NCBI RefSeq assembly: GCF_006345805.1 | Contig: NC_042998.1 | Span: 66,712,001-66,776,000 of the forward strand | Source: Octopus sinensis | Taxonomy: Eukaryota | Direction: 5' to 3' | DNA: 64,000 nt | Shown: positions 14,246 to 27,674 of the stretch, piece by piece | Numbering within the stretch: the first letter of the stretch is position 1 | How the letters are laid out: every line of letters starts with the position of its first letter | Position numbers and translations under genes: made by a program | The notes under the pieces: generated by a model | Told to the model about the DNA's origin: nothing | The model's database searches: none | Seen by the model: the letters and a program-made list of their open reading frames with translations, nothing else

Positions 14246-15227
14246 TACGATCAATAGAAACCACACCTTTTTATCTAGACATGGTTTTTATACAGTATTG
14301 CATATCTCAAAGTTGACTATTCTCAGATAATTTCATATCAATCTTCCATTATCACTGATGATTGGGATAGCGGCCACGGCATATATAAAGAAATGGAACT
14401 GAAGACGATAACGACGTATTCGATGACGACGATGGTAATGAGGGCGATGTTGATGAAGATGATATATGTCATGTCGATTCAGTTGAATAGGAATACTAAC
14501 GTTGCTTGTAGATTCCCTAGAGTGATGCAAGTACGGCTGGTAATTTCCAAGGTATTCGTTACAGAGAATTTGATATGAGGCGCTTCAACACTCGTTGGCT
14601 CCTTGCATAATTGACGCTATTGTGTGATTTTAGAATCTGCTACATTAAATTTTTCTAGGTCAGAAATGTGATAAAAGACAACGAAAGAAAATCGCTGAAA
14701 TCATATCAGCAAATAGTTTATCGATCGCTGAATATTTTTGCACTTTACTATACATTTAGTGAGACACACATAGTGACTGGGTAACCTCCTACGTTCATTG
14801 GACATGTTTTAATATACTTCATAAATCAACTGCTGTCTCTCTGTGAAAAAATTCAAATAAAAAAAAAGCTAATCCTATTTCCTCTTGTAAGACGTGCCAT
14901 AAAGATGTATGGTGTGTATTTGATCCAATTTCCCACACCGTAATTAATAGTCTCCATGACGAAGGCAGAATACAGAGTAATTTTGATTTACATTATATAG
15001 TCAAGTACAGGAGACTCTTTACAATAAATAGATGAACGAACAAATTCATTAAGCAAATTTGGACCGAGAGCTCCACAGAGAGTGAAAGTGTCAGTATTTT
15101 ACAGATGGTAGAACAATGTACACCATTTCCAGTTTCTATTGAATAACAAATGATTGTGGTGTTTTCTGTTTCTCCACTCCAAAGGAGTGTGCAAGCGCGT
15201 GAGTGTGTATGTATACATGCATACATA

Positions 15228-15295
<68 letters not shown>

Positions 15296-15829
15296 CATAT
15301 GTCCAAGATATTACTTCCGGCTTTCGTAAGGTAGAGACGTGTTGCTTTGCTCTGTGATAAAAAACAAAAAGGTTTGCATAAATCGACGAAATAATCGGCG
15401 AAAACTCATAAAAAACGTAGAACTTGCTATCTCATAGCGGTCTACTAGGATATATTAGTTAAAAACCGTAATATATCTCGCTTCAAGCCAAATATAATAC
15501 ACTAAAGTTAATTACGCACGCCAGATTTCCCGTCGAAAAAAGCACGTGGTGACATCTTTTAAGTCTATTTCCAATCGACATTAAGAAGCCAAAAGAACCG
15601 TTTTTTTTTTCTTTTTTGAAAGAAAACCTCTTCGTTAGGGAGAAGATTTTGGGGCTTCTACCTCTTAAAAGATAAGTACCCCTTTTCATTTATTTATTTT
15701 CCCGTAATTCAATGTAAGGGCCTATTCTCTGTTTACATTGTTTAAAAATCTTTCGATTTCTGTTTCAGCTCCGTTACATCTCTCTAAAATTATTCAATTT
15801 TAGATAGGCGTATATTTATTTGTTACTCT

Positions 15830-15885
<56 letters not shown>

Positions 15886-15897
15886 ATATATACTCAG

Positions 15898-16360
15898 CCC
15901 CTCAATCTCCCTAAATATATATATGCGAACATTAGAAGTATAGTCGCAATTAGTTTGGTTTAGAAGAAAACGTTTGTAGCTACGGACAGGTATATACATT
16001 TATAATTTACATCCTGTTAATAATCTTTAATTTTCTATTTCAGCTTCGTAACCTCCTCTCTTTCTTTTCTTTCTCTCAATCTTCCTAAATATATAGACTC
16101 TATCACTCTCTTTTTATCTTCTCTAAGCCGCTCAATCTTTTGCATAACCCCTCTCTTTCATTTCTTTCTCTCTCTGTCTCTTCACTTCTCTCACTCACGC
16201 CTCTTTCCTTGTCTCTTCACTTCTCCACTTCTCTCTGTCACACCATCTTTCCTCTCTCAGCCTCTCAATTTTTCTAAATATATAGACGCGAACTTCCTTC
16301 TCTTACTCTCTTCTTATCTTCTCTCAGCTCTCAATCTCTCTCTAAATATATAGACACTTT
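15898..16360 (+). repeat. CT-rich degenerate tandem repeat with recurring motif CTCTCAATC(Y)nCTAAATATATAGAC
   Basis: The motif occurs at about 15898, 16072, 16262 and 16330, separated by pyrimidine tracts. Confidence 0.55.
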
Positions 16361-16438
16361 CTTTCTCTATATCGTCTCTAACCTCTATCGCACTTTTAAA
16401 TTTTAAATATAATTAGATGGATAAATAAAATATCCAAA

Positions 16439-17250
16439 ATGTCCAGAACCTGGAGAAGTAACGAACTGGCGTTGTTCCTTAGGGCCTGGTGAAGCGCCAA
16501 CGGAGATACTCCGAGCAACATAATTACAGCTGCGCTGAAGAGCAGTGTATATAAAAAGACGATAGCGCAGATAGAGCGAAAGAAGCAGGAGTTTATACGC
16601 TCCTATGCACTCATAAGATCTCACATTGGCACGCTTGATGCCATCTTTGACAACGAACAAAGTAAAGATGGCAAGGATGGAGGCACGGGTGCTGATGAAA
16701 GATGTCACCCCCACTTGGTAGATACCCAGGAAGAAAAAGATTCAAGTGAGAAACCTGCCCGGGAAGTAAACCCAAGTGCAAGTGCTCCTAACAGCACCAA
16801 AAGCCATGGAGATGAAAGAGCCAAAAAAGAAATAAAAGGAGGAAAAACTAAAAGAAAAACAAAAGATGAAACTGCCAAAGAAGGAAAAACTAAAACTCAA
16901 CCAAAACCAAAAGATGAAACAGCCAAGGATAGAAGCAAATCTGACTATCCATGTACCAAAAAGGATAGAAACAGACAGCGCACACGAATGTCTAGATTCT
17001 ATCTGAAAGGTGTCTGCTGGCATGGAGAGGAAGGTGCAGGCTGCCGTTTTGCACATCAAAGACCCCGCCATATAAACTCGAAACAGGTCAGAATCCAACT
17101 ACCAAGAGGAAAAGGAATGGACCATGCACCACCTGCCCCAAACGGAGGTACGCAGATGTGGTGCGTGCTACAAACCGCCAATATGTTATTGAAAGGGCAG
17201 CTGCTGAACAAGAATCTTTTTTGTGCATGGCACAAAAGATTGTACAGCAG
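16439..17250 (+). pseudogene. LINE N-terminal region: Lys/Glu-rich linker plus CCCH-type zinc finger remnants
   Basis: ATG at 16439 (MSRTWRSNELALFLRAW*) is in frame with ORF 16715-17254. xRFYLKGVCWHGEEGAGCRFAH is a C-x-C-x-C-x3-H remnant, and a second decayed finger lies near 17160-17235. Confidence 0.65.
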
Positions 17251-17354
17251 CTAACCTGGCTCCATCAAACTCAAACTCGCAGATGGGACTATCCACAATA
17301 CACAAAACCGCCACAGCAAATAGACCCAAGGTGGACACCGCCGGTAACAGCATA

Positions 17355-18000
17355 CACCTCACCTCGATGCTCCTACTGAACATCAGAGGACTGCTAACAC
17401 TCAGTAATAGGACCAAAATCCCGTTGTTGAGAGACTTTGTTGCATGCAATCAGGCCTTATGCATAGCACCTACGGAAACACACCGGAAACCGGACATAGC
17501 AGATGCGAAAATACACATACCACAGTATGTTGTACTACGGACCGACAGAAAAGAATGGAGTCATGGAATAGTTGCTATGTACATCCATGAGGACCTCACA
17601 CCTCAGGTCATTTTGTCATACTCAAATTCGGTGTGTGACATACTAATTGTACATATAAGGCAACTTGATGTAGTTGTGTGTGCTACATATCGCCCTCCAG
17701 ATGCCCCAAGCCATGTAGGTAAGTTTGAAGACTGCCTTATAAAAATAGAAGTTCTAGTCACATTAGAACAACACGTAAGTGTACTTCATATGTGAGACTT
17801 CATTCTACCCAATGTCAGATGGCCCGAGGGCCTTTATCTCCCAGGAATGACACGATGTGAACGAGAACAGGCGAGGTCCCTCCTGAACCTCATCAACACT
17901 CTGTACATGGAGCAAGTAATAATCCAACCAACCAGGGCAGGTAACATACTGGATCTCTGCCTCACAAATAATATGGATCTCATCCATAATGTGAAAGTGA
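17355..18000 (+). pseudogene. LINE apurinic-like endonuclease (APE) domain
   Basis: LLLNIRGL, CIAPTETH, YVVLRTDR...GIVAMYI, ATYRPP, DFILP..W, PTRAGNILDLCLTN are canonical APE motifs. Confidence 0.9.
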
Positions 18001-18554
18001 CACCGACACTACTCTCAGATAACAACATGGTAGAGCTGACCATGTACGGGCCAAAGGAAAGCATGGACATGCAGCCTACAAGAAACTCTCAGAATCTTTC
18101 CAGCATTAAGGCAAACTGGAAACAAATTGAGAAAAAGATCCTCAAACAAAACTGGCCTGAATGTCTCTCCTCTCCAGACATCGACATGAAACTTCAACAA
18201 TTCATGTCTGTAATGCAAGCTATATGCTACAAATGTGTCCCAGAGAGAACGGCCACAGTACACAAAAGCAAAATCCCCAGAGAGATGAAAATTCTAATGA
18301 GATGGCGTACAAAATTTCAAATCGCCTAAACAAACAAATTGAAAGCAGTGAAAATTCCCGCCTGAAAATAAAACTGTTGGAAATTGAAAAATGTCTGCAA
18401 CTCTCCGATGAAAAGGAAAGAGCAGACAAAGAAGCCTGGGCTATAGACAACATAAAATCTAAACCCAGAGCTTTCTACAGGTATGCCAAAGAAACAGCTA
18501 CGGTGCACCGTAGGATAGGGCCACTCCTTGAAAAGGTTGGCACACTCACAGGAG

Positions 18555-19810
18555 TGAATGCTTAACTCAGCTCCTACAACACTATGACTGGGTGCTGAAA
18601 CGACTGCTCAACCACTCAAATGTGGAAGTCATATATCTCGACTTTGCAAAGGCCTTTGATAAAGTCGATCATGGAATGATATATCACAAACTGCGTGATC
18701 TTGGCATAGTTGGAAAATTGGGAGAATGGCTTCATGACGTTCTGAAGGATAGAAGTCAGGTGGTTGTAGCCAATGGGGCCACTTCCATTAACACGCAAAT
18801 AGTGAGCGGTGTTCCGTAGGGCACTTTTGGGTCCACTTCTGTTCATAATGACCATCTCAGACATGCCCTCAGCCACGCAGAGAGCCACGATCACAAGTTA
18901 TGCAAATGATACAAAAGTTTCACAGGCAATACAGAACCCTGAAGACACTAAGCACCTGCAATGTGAGCTGGACAAAATATACAAGTGGGCTGAAAAGAAT
19001 AGCATGCAGTTCAATGCTGAAAAGTTTCAAGCTCTATGCTATCAGCATGCAAAACTAAATGCAATACCCAATAAGTACACAGGACCTGGAGGGATTTCAA
19101 TCCCAGAGGCACAATCAGTGCGAGACCTGGGTAATTACATGACTGATGATGCAACCTTCCATGTGCATGTTGCTAAATTGGCAATGAAATGTAGGCGGCT
19201 GACCGGATAGATGGATAGAACTTTTAGAGCAAGAGACCAGGAAACCATGATGGTCCTCTGGAGGACACTTGTCCTAAGCCACTTTGACTATTGCTGTCAG
19301 CTATGGTCACCATCCAGTGTCAAGTTAATCACAGAACTTGAGGCGATCCAACGAAGCTACACGAAGAAGATAGTCTCTGTGCAGCATATAAGCTATTGGG
19401 AAAGACTCAAGAGATTGAGACTCTATTCCTTAGAGCGTAGGCGAGAAAGATATGCCATAATATACATCTGGAAGATCCTAGAAGGACTTGTCCCAAACTT
19501 TGACATCGAGAGTTACATAAATGTCAGAACTGGGTGCCACTGCATAGTGCCAAGGACTCCAAATTTGCCATCAAGATGTAGGACAAAATACTGTTATAAC
19601 CTGGGCTTCGGAGGCCCACAGCTCTTCAATATCCTCCCAAAGAACCTAAGAGACCTGCATGGGGTGGATGCAGATGTCTTTAAAATAAAACTGGATCTCT
19701 TCTTGTCAGGTGTCCCAGATGAACCAACTTCACGGCAGGAGGTGCAGATGAGGGCAGCTGCATCGAACTCTCTCATGCACCAAATGGCAATTGCTAAAAA
19801 GCATTCGTGA
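18555..19810 (+). pseudogene. LINE reverse transcriptase domain and C-terminus
   Basis: CLTQLL, IYLDFAKAFDKVDH, SGVP*GT.LGPLLF, YANDTK (YADD), VRDLG, DYCCQLWSP, LYSLERRRERY. Confidence 0.92.
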
Positions 19811-21638
19811 AGTAAAATCATGTAGCAACACCAAATGGCGGTGCCCCAGCATGGCCACGGCTTGTGAGCTGAAACTATATAAAATAAAATAAAAATAAAA
19901 TAAAATATAAAATTTTATTGTAAAAATATTGTTCTATTCTTTAGAGTGTCTTTCGTTTGGCCAATAATATGAAGACAAACGTGAAGCTTCAAATAGTAAT
20001 TTTGCATTAAATGTTATATATAGAAATAATCTGCATCGATGGCACTAGTTTGAGCTAAGTAAATATATTATGGATCCTGAGTTAAGGTATTGCAACACAT
20101 GAATGTTACACGTTTGACGACTGGGCAATAAGTACTGATTATGTAGTTCGCATTATTTAACTAATAATTACTATATGTTAATGAAATGTACGTAAGATGT
20201 TACAAAATGCTTTATAAGCCGTTCCTCCTATTGTGTTTTCTATATATGTAAGTGTGCGCGTGTGTCTGTGCGCGTGTCTGTTTGTGAGTATGTGGATGTA
20301 CCCTTCTAACCATGTCTAATTCCAAAATAATATGATTAACAATATGATTAGAAATTTTCTTTATTTAGACTAAGTCAAGTGTAATTACTTCCTACATCCC
20401 TGTGACTTCTGCAGATCTACATACGAACAGGTGTGTGTAAGCGCATATTTTTGTGAGAGCACTTGTGCATGTGTACGTATTTGCTTTCGGGAAGGTATAT
20501 TTCTGTAAAATCATATAAGAAATACGACAGCTACTTCGAAACAATGGTGGAATGCTTATTAGTTGGAAACAAACCTGATGTAAATTATCCGTTAGATACT
20601 GAGCCAATTAATTAAGCTCATTATATAAATGTCTTATTAAAGATACAGTCTCCATTCGTAAACCTACTTTATTCCGTTCGGCTAAATCCTGAAGGAGTTC
20701 TTCTAAACCTCAACCAATCATGCAAGTATCGTTCCATTGTTCTCACAAATATCAAATGTGTACACATCTCCTTCAATTACTTATGCCATTTGTGCAAAAT
20801 ATCTATAAGTCACCGCTTCAATATCTATCTGAAGATGTATCTACCAACATGTGTGTGTGTACGTATACTGTAATTTCGTGTTTATTCCTGAATATTTGCA
20901 TACACACAAACATGTATGTGTATGAGTACGTCAATGTGTGTGTGTTTGTATGTGTGAGTGTGCCTGTGTGTGTGTGCCTTTGTGTGTGTATACAGTAATG
21001 GCTGTGTAAAATGTCGGAGGTTTATATGTTTCACCATGTGTGTGTATAAGTACGTACTTATGTATGTATGTATGTATGTATGTATCATTGTGTGTCTACT
21101 GCATTAATTATATGGGAGTGCGTATGAGCCTGTATTCTTTACTGCTATTAACTGTGAATATAGGAAGCTAGATTGTCTACTTGATAATAGAATATAATCA
21201 TTACTCGTATGTCCCTGTTATCATTCCCATATTAATGCTGTTATACATATTGTTTACTCGGGCACGACTCTTAATTAAGTACGAAAACATAGGAAAATTA
21301 ATATAAACACCTTGCAATGATAAAAAAAAATGAATTTTATTTTATTTTGTTTTATCTTATTGTCTGGTTGTATGAAAATACCATTACTTCCATTTTCTAC
21401 AACGTTCCATTACTTGTCTGTAAATAATTAATTTTTCAAAGCCATATAATTTCCCCCTATCTTGAAATCAAGTCCTGGTTTTCCTTTATGATATTTTTAA
21501 AAATCTTTAAACAATTCTTTTTCATATATATTTTATATTTTTCATTTTTTTTCTTCTCCAGTTTTAATTTGGGATTGATTAAAATGTTTTACAACGAGTA
21601 ATTTTGCATAAATGCAGAGGCCAAAAGAATATTTTGTG

Positions 21639-21672
<34 letters not shown>

Positions 21673-22317
21673 CTTTTTTTAAATGTTAGATTGTCGATCG
21701 AGATAATCGAAGCAATGTAATCTATTATTAATAACTTGTCAAAATCGACTTCTACATAAAAGTGTCATAAATAAGACGAAAGAGTAATTTCTAAAATACA
21801 TTATTCTTTCACAGACAGATTTAATTTAATTTTATATATTAAATATCGACTAACAGCTGAAAAAAAAATGATTCATGCTACCAACATATTAGACAGGGAA
21901 TCACCTAATCACCTAATATGTAAATCTTCACTAGATATTAAAAGACACTAAAAATAAATCCAAGTTTAGGTATTGCTGTTTCAGCAAACACTTTTAATAC
22001 GGACATCAATGAAATTCTTCTTCGTCTTCTGTTGAAGTTCTTCCTCCTTTTCTGCAACCATTGTTTGATGATATTATTATGAGTTTTACAATTATTTCGT
22101 ACAATACAAAAGGCTGTATAGCACGTCGGATTAAATACCTAAATAATTATTTTCTCCTTCTCTGCACCAGCTCAGGAAAACATTGCGTTATATGTTCCTT
22201 ATAATCTAACGTAGGAAATTTATAATCCAACACGGTTTCAAAACGTAACAGATTCTAATTCACTGACGAGAAATCTAAGCGCTTCTTGTAGTAAAATAAG
22301 AATCATAAAAGTTTCTG

Positions 22318-22455
22318 GAAGTATTATATAAGACTTGTAAAAGATTCCTGTGGTAATATAAGACGTGTAAGAGATTTTTGTATTAACGTAAGAATTGTAA
22401 GTGCTTCTTCGAGTAATATAAGACTTATAAGATGTGTTCTGTGTATTAATAGGAG
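22318..22455 (+). repeat. Degenerate tandem repeat, about 31-33 bp unit, 4-5 copies
   Basis: gta(t)tatataagacttgtaa / gtaatataagacgtgtaa / gtattaacgtaagaattgtaa / gtaatataagacttataa. Confidence 0.5.
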
Positions 22456-24337
22456 ACGGCTTTTGCCATTTCCGAATAAAACAGTGTTTTCACGAAATGA
22501 ATCACGTGTCATCACCGTAAGGTAAAACAGACAAAAGAAATTTTTATAATTTTTATTTAAATGTGAATAAACTATCGGATAATCAGACTTAGTGTCGATA
22601 GTACCTAACTTGTGGGTATTGTTCTTCTGTTACTACTTAATATCTGTTAATCCCTGAACGGGAATATCAAGAGGGCAATAATCTTTGATCATCCTAGTCG
22701 ATTTTTGTCATTTTCAGACTGAATCTTGAATTTCCTTAAGCTAGTGAAGATGAACCTGTGGCATACCATTGATTTATAGGTAGCGCACAATGGAATTTGG
22801 AAAGAAGTATCTTTCCTGTGGAATCATGTTAGGAAACTTTTATTCATAAGCATTTACCTAAAAATTTAAATACTAAAATATCATGAAATGAAAACCCGAT
22901 TAAAATATAAATACATGTATTCAAGGAAGTGAAAATTCATTTAAAGGTTTGATACATCGATTTTAAATGGTTCACTATCAAAACCCTACTGCATTAAGGC
23001 ACAATTTGAGAAGGATGTGTCAGTTGTTTCTAACAGATCATCAAGAGGTTTCTCCATTATCTCAATAATTCTGATATTTATTAGAGATATATATGTACTG
23101 CAGTATTAATCATTGAGTCTCTGTGGTTATTTCACCGAATGTTGTAGTTTATTGCAAAATGTTAAGGGAGACTATCAATCTGCTTGTGAATGTTTTGTAC
23201 TGAGTGCAACATATGCTCTATGTATGACCAGAAGTATGTTCTGCCGTTGCAGTGGCACATGTGACCTAACTATCCCCTGACAGTCAGTATCAATAATCAC
23301 GGTAGAAGTCAGTTAAAAAGAATTTTCTCTTTTAATTACTCAATGGTAAATCTGAGCCACAAGACACGCTACATCAATACCTAGGAGACTGAAGCTTATT
23401 AGAAAGCGACATAGATATGATCTAATTTATATCTTCTTTCTATAAATTAATGAAGTCCATGAAAACAATGTTTGAATCTGGTGTGAATCATACATGTGTT
23501 CTCTACAGAGAATTATATTTTGAATTTTGATCACAATTAAAGGCGGCGATAAGCAACTCATCTACCAATACCAAAAACATTCACGAAAATTGGGCGTATA
23601 CATGAAACAGATTACAAATCTCAGCCTTGGCGTTGTTCTCCAGTATGACCACAGCCTCAGTATGGAAAAGGATAAAAGATAGCAGCAAAAAAAAAAAACA
23701 ACTTTGAATATATTTTATACTCTGGAGACAGGACCGAGTAACTTCAGGCCTGCTATTGATAAAAATTAGAAAAGAATGCCGTTCACCAAATTAATCGAGA
23801 ACTGGGAAAACAGTTTCGAGATCGCTGGTTAATATCATGGTATTGAAACTGCACAATGGTAAATGACCCCAGGGTAAATAACTTGCAAGTGACACAGCCA
23901 AATGAATTGAAAATTGCCGTTGAATATTATTATACAGAACAAATAGTATCTGTATAATTTAGAGCCTATTGGCTTGGTTACGGTGTGGAGTTCCAGTTTT
24001 CCAATACATAGTTTCGATTGTAATGGTCACCTCCAAAAGGTTTAGTAGTACCTGGAAATAGAATTGTCCGTGGATTACTAACTAAACCTTGCTTTGTGCG
24101 AATAACCGCATTCAGTATAAATTTTTATGAAAAGCAAGAGGATGGTTTGAAATATGTGAACATGGATATCAGAAAGTTAAGTAACTGAAGAAATAATTAT
24201 AGCAATTATCATAGAAAGTCAACTATTCGGTGAGGTTAATCCATGAAATGGCACTTCGAAATTGGATAGTAATTTATTTTATTAACCCAAGAATGATTAG
24301 AGCCAAATATAATTATAAAAATAGTTGAACATGGTAA

Positions 24338-24540
24338 GGGCGGCAAGTTAGTACAATTGTTAGCACGCTGGACGAAATGCTTAGCAGTATTTCTGTGCCG
24401 GTACGCTCTGTGTTTATGTTCCGCCGATGTCGACTTTGCTTTTCCTCCTTTCGGGATCGATAAATAAGTACCAGTTAAGCACTGGGGTCGATGTAATCGG
24501 CTTAATTCTTTTTTCTCTCCTTGTTTATCCCCTCTATGTT
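24338..24540 (+). mobile_element. tRNA-derived SINE, third family (also 44020-44250 and 60440-60570)
   Basis: gggcggcaagttagtacaattgttagcacgctggacgaaatgcttagcagtatt...gtcgactttgc...aagtaccagttaagcactggggtcgatgtaatcg. Confidence 0.75.
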
Positions 24541-25693
24541 TAACAGCCTGTGTGCAATAAAGAAATATATATTTGAACATAGAATATGAACTTGTATACT
24601 GCAATGTATAACATTCGGATGTCTACTGATTCTGAGCAACAAATTAGGATAAAAAATGGATATGATGTAGCTTGTAGGATTTGAAACCGAAGTGAATTTG
24701 CACAAGCAATGTGCACTGATAAAGCAACCCTAGCTGCTTTTGAGAATAGCAACGTTGTGAGTGACACCATAATATATTCAATACATTTTATCTACACTCA
24801 GATCAAACAGGAGAGTCACTTTTTGGTATAAATACACGCATAAACATACTTTTGTGGGTATATCAGTATATTATGTATTTAAAGACGTACATATGTGTGT
24901 GTGTGCATGTATTTATGTATGTATATTTGCACAAGCATATATATACATGTGAATATGAATGCCTTTTCTTTACGTATATCATACTGGTATGTTTCTAAGT
25001 ATGTATATATATATATATATATATAATGTATGTATACATTAAACATACACGCGCACAAACACACACACGCACACCTATATATATATAAAGCTTATATGTG
25101 TATGTATGAATATATATAGATATATACATACAATATAGCTGCCAAATCATCTACGTACAAACATGCATGCTTACATAGATGCACACATGCAGACATACAG
25201 GCTGGAATAAATGCATCAAAAACAGACAGACATTCGGCGTCAACAATTGCATGCATGAATTGGGAGATTATTCATTTGCGAAGAATACTGTCAACTTTCT
25301 TGAATAACTGCTTATTCTCTTCATTAAATACATTGAAAAGAAAAAAGAAACATTCAAGAACTTATTCATATCCATCTGAATTCTTGTTTCTCCTCGGAGA
25401 GATTTGCTACGAATACAGCATGGCTGGACACCGCAACATCGACAACACCAGGGAAAACCAGAAAAGAAGACATCACAAAAACATAAATAATAGAAAATAG
25501 CCTCCACAAAATAACAACTTATTTCTTGTAATTATAACATAAATTGAAACAACGTATTAAAGTTTTCTTTAAGTTCTAAACTAATTAATGAGTTTTAATT
25601 TATATAAAATAGGAAACAAAAGCATGTATCTGCTTGCTGTGTAAATGAATATAATGAAACTAGAAAGAGTAGAACTTCAACAAAGATAAATTA

Positions 25694-25834
25694 TTAGGTT
25701 GTCCCAAAAGTTCGTAAACACTTGCGAAAATTGAATATTTACTCGCCAAGTACTACCAAAAACAACAAAAATTATTCCTCAAAATAAAGACCATTATTTT
25801 CCAAGACTTTCTACGAACTTTTGGGACAACCTTA
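25694..25834. mobile_element. Tc1/mariner-type MITE (141 bp)
   Basis: TIR TTAGGTTGTCCCAAAAGTTCGTA / TACGAACTTTTGGGACAACCTTA (1 mismatch), flanked by TA on both sides. Confidence 0.85.
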
Positions 25835-26539
25835 TATTTCATGACAAAAGTATGATGCCACCATATCTTGAAACATATTGGGTTTATATCATGATAGTAA
25901 TTATTTTTCCCGCAGATGGATGACTGTAAATTTAGAGTTGGTTCATCACAAATCTGGTGGTGTTACAGCATTTATTGGATGAGGTACTTCTTTTATGGGT
26001 TTAATCGAACAATTCGACCCCGTTACTTATTTTTTAAAACTTCTGGTTCTTATTTTATCGATCTTTTCTTTTTTTGCGAAACCGCTATATTATGGAGATT
26101 AAACAAATGAACAGCGGTTGCCAAGCGATGTGGGATGGAACAAACATAAACACAAAAGCACATAGACACACATATATAAAAGTTCCACACAGTTTCCGTC
26201 AATTAGATTCAATCCCAAACAATTGGTCATTGATGAGCTATAGAAGAAGCACAAGCTTACGGCACCGCGCAGTAGAAAGTGGTTACAAAACGATCTTCGT
26301 AACCATAATTCTATACCTATAGCATTACACAATGAGTAATAATTATGTGTCTTAATTATAAGTTAAAATATTGTATCATATTTCTTATAGTATTCGTTCT
26401 TCCGTAATTTTTGATATGTTACGTTGTTGTATTTTTTAGATTATCATTTCTGTCGTTATATTTTTCCACTATCACTACAGAGGTGCTAAAATTTGAAGGA
26501 ATTCGCTTTGGATTCGTAAGTACTACGGTTCCATCTTAC

Positions 26540-26638
26540 CCTGTGGCGTCATTGAAGTCATTGACAGGTAAAGTTTTATTTAACCTGGCGTCGACCTCAA
26601 CCATGTGGATGAATTTGTGTAAAAAACCTTTGTTTACT
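26540..26638 (-). CDS. Candidate internal host exon, 99 nt, symmetric phase 2: VNKGFLHKFIHMVEVDARLNKTLPVNDFNDAT
   Basis: Acceptor ctttctctcatgttttctag| and donor ACAGG|gtaaga. Exactly one of three frames is open. The sequence is non-repetitive; the protein is not recognised. Confidence 0.45.
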
Positions 26639-26671
26639 CTAGAAAACATGAGAGAAAGTTACATAAGCACA

Positions 26672-27115
26672 TGAAGGTGACTACACTGGTCTAAGTCAAA
26701 TTTTCATAGAAAAATATATGCAAAGCATTCAAAAAATTAATTTACACAGTTGAAGCACAAAACTAACATTTGTGACAGCTAATTCTACTCTTTTTTCTCT
26801 TCTCTTTTTTCGGGAAGATGCCGCAAAATTCTCGTGGTTTACGTTTTCTCCTCTTTCTTCAGATTCTTCGTCTCCAAGACGTTCTTCAGCCAGCATTTTA
26901 GTAAATTCGCGTCTAGATTGAGGCTTGCTCTCACCATTTTGTGTAATCAAAAATTTTGGGATAAGAAGTTCAGGATATAGTATTGATTGATTTAAATTTG
27001 ACTTGAATTGTTTTAAAATTGATTTAAGTTTTATTTAAATTAAATGATTTTATATTTAAAATGGCTACAACAGACAAACGACCGCTGTGGTCATTCCGAT
27101 TCTTTTGACGGTTAA
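26672..27115 (-). mobile_element. Possible degenerate piggyBac-like non-autonomous element
   Basis: TTAA at 27112-27115. Subterminal gaccgctgtggtcat (27080) is an 11/15 inverted match to gtgactacactggtc (26677). Acidic SRREFTKMLAEERLGDEESEE peptide on the minus strand. Confidence 0.3.
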
Positions 27116-27457
27116 TTCATAGGCCCAACATCCTATGATTCGTCGAAAATATTCGGATAGGTGTGAATGAAATTGTGAATTGCTTAAACAACCATGCATA
27201 AAATTAACGAAGTTAATAAAAAAGAACAATTGATGGAAAATAAGAACAGCTGATGAAAAATAAAAATTGTTGATGGAAAACATAAATGCTAATCACTGAG
27301 AGAGACGGAGCTCATGAGATTTTCTCCAATTCAATTAGATCTACTACTTAAAGCATGGTATGTACCCTTCAAAACATTATCTTCGATTCTCCATGCTTTG
27401 AGCCAATGCATATCAATTTATCCAGTTGTTTATTACATGCCAAAAAATGTTCTACAT

Positions 27458-27674
27458 CAGTAGTTCTCAATATTTTTATACCCGGGCCACATACAAAACC
27501 GTGACTATTTTGTTTTAGAGAGCCCGCACCAAAAAAGTAAAACACAAGTCAATTGATTACATCTATAGAGGGAAGACAAATTGATTATATCTATAGAGGG
27601 AAGACGTTCGAGGACCGCCATAGGGATGCTTGAGGGCCGAATGCAAATCTTGAAGATGCGGTTGGGAACTTCTG
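27458..27674. mobile_element. hAT (Charlie-like) MITE
   Basis: TIR CAGTAGTTCTCAA / TTGGGAACTTCTG; 8-bp TSD ttctacat / ctctacat; internal tandem duplication of aattgatta(c/t)atctatagagggaagac. Confidence 0.8.

Larger units (their letters stand above)
16400..19910 (+). mobile_element. Near full-length, inactivated CR1-clade LINE with internal deletion
   Basis: N-terminal region with CCCH-like motifs, APE endonuclease, RT, CR1-type C-terminus, 3'UTR and (AAAAT)n tail at 19880-19910. Multiple stops and frameshifts. Confidence 0.93.

Noticed and set aside
20700-20840. Cadherin-like peptide (VTYR...FDICENNGTI) on the minus strand
   Set aside because: In-frame stops, and too short to distinguish from chance.
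15898-22455. Short repeated motifs (15898-16360, 22318-22455) as CRISPR-like arrays
   Set aside because: Eukaryotic context, irregular low-complexity spacers, degenerate units and no cas genes.
26860-26895. CTGAAGA-A-CGTCT/AGACG hairpin on the minus strand
   Set aside because: It is followed by GAAG, with no stem III, UH or stem I pairing.
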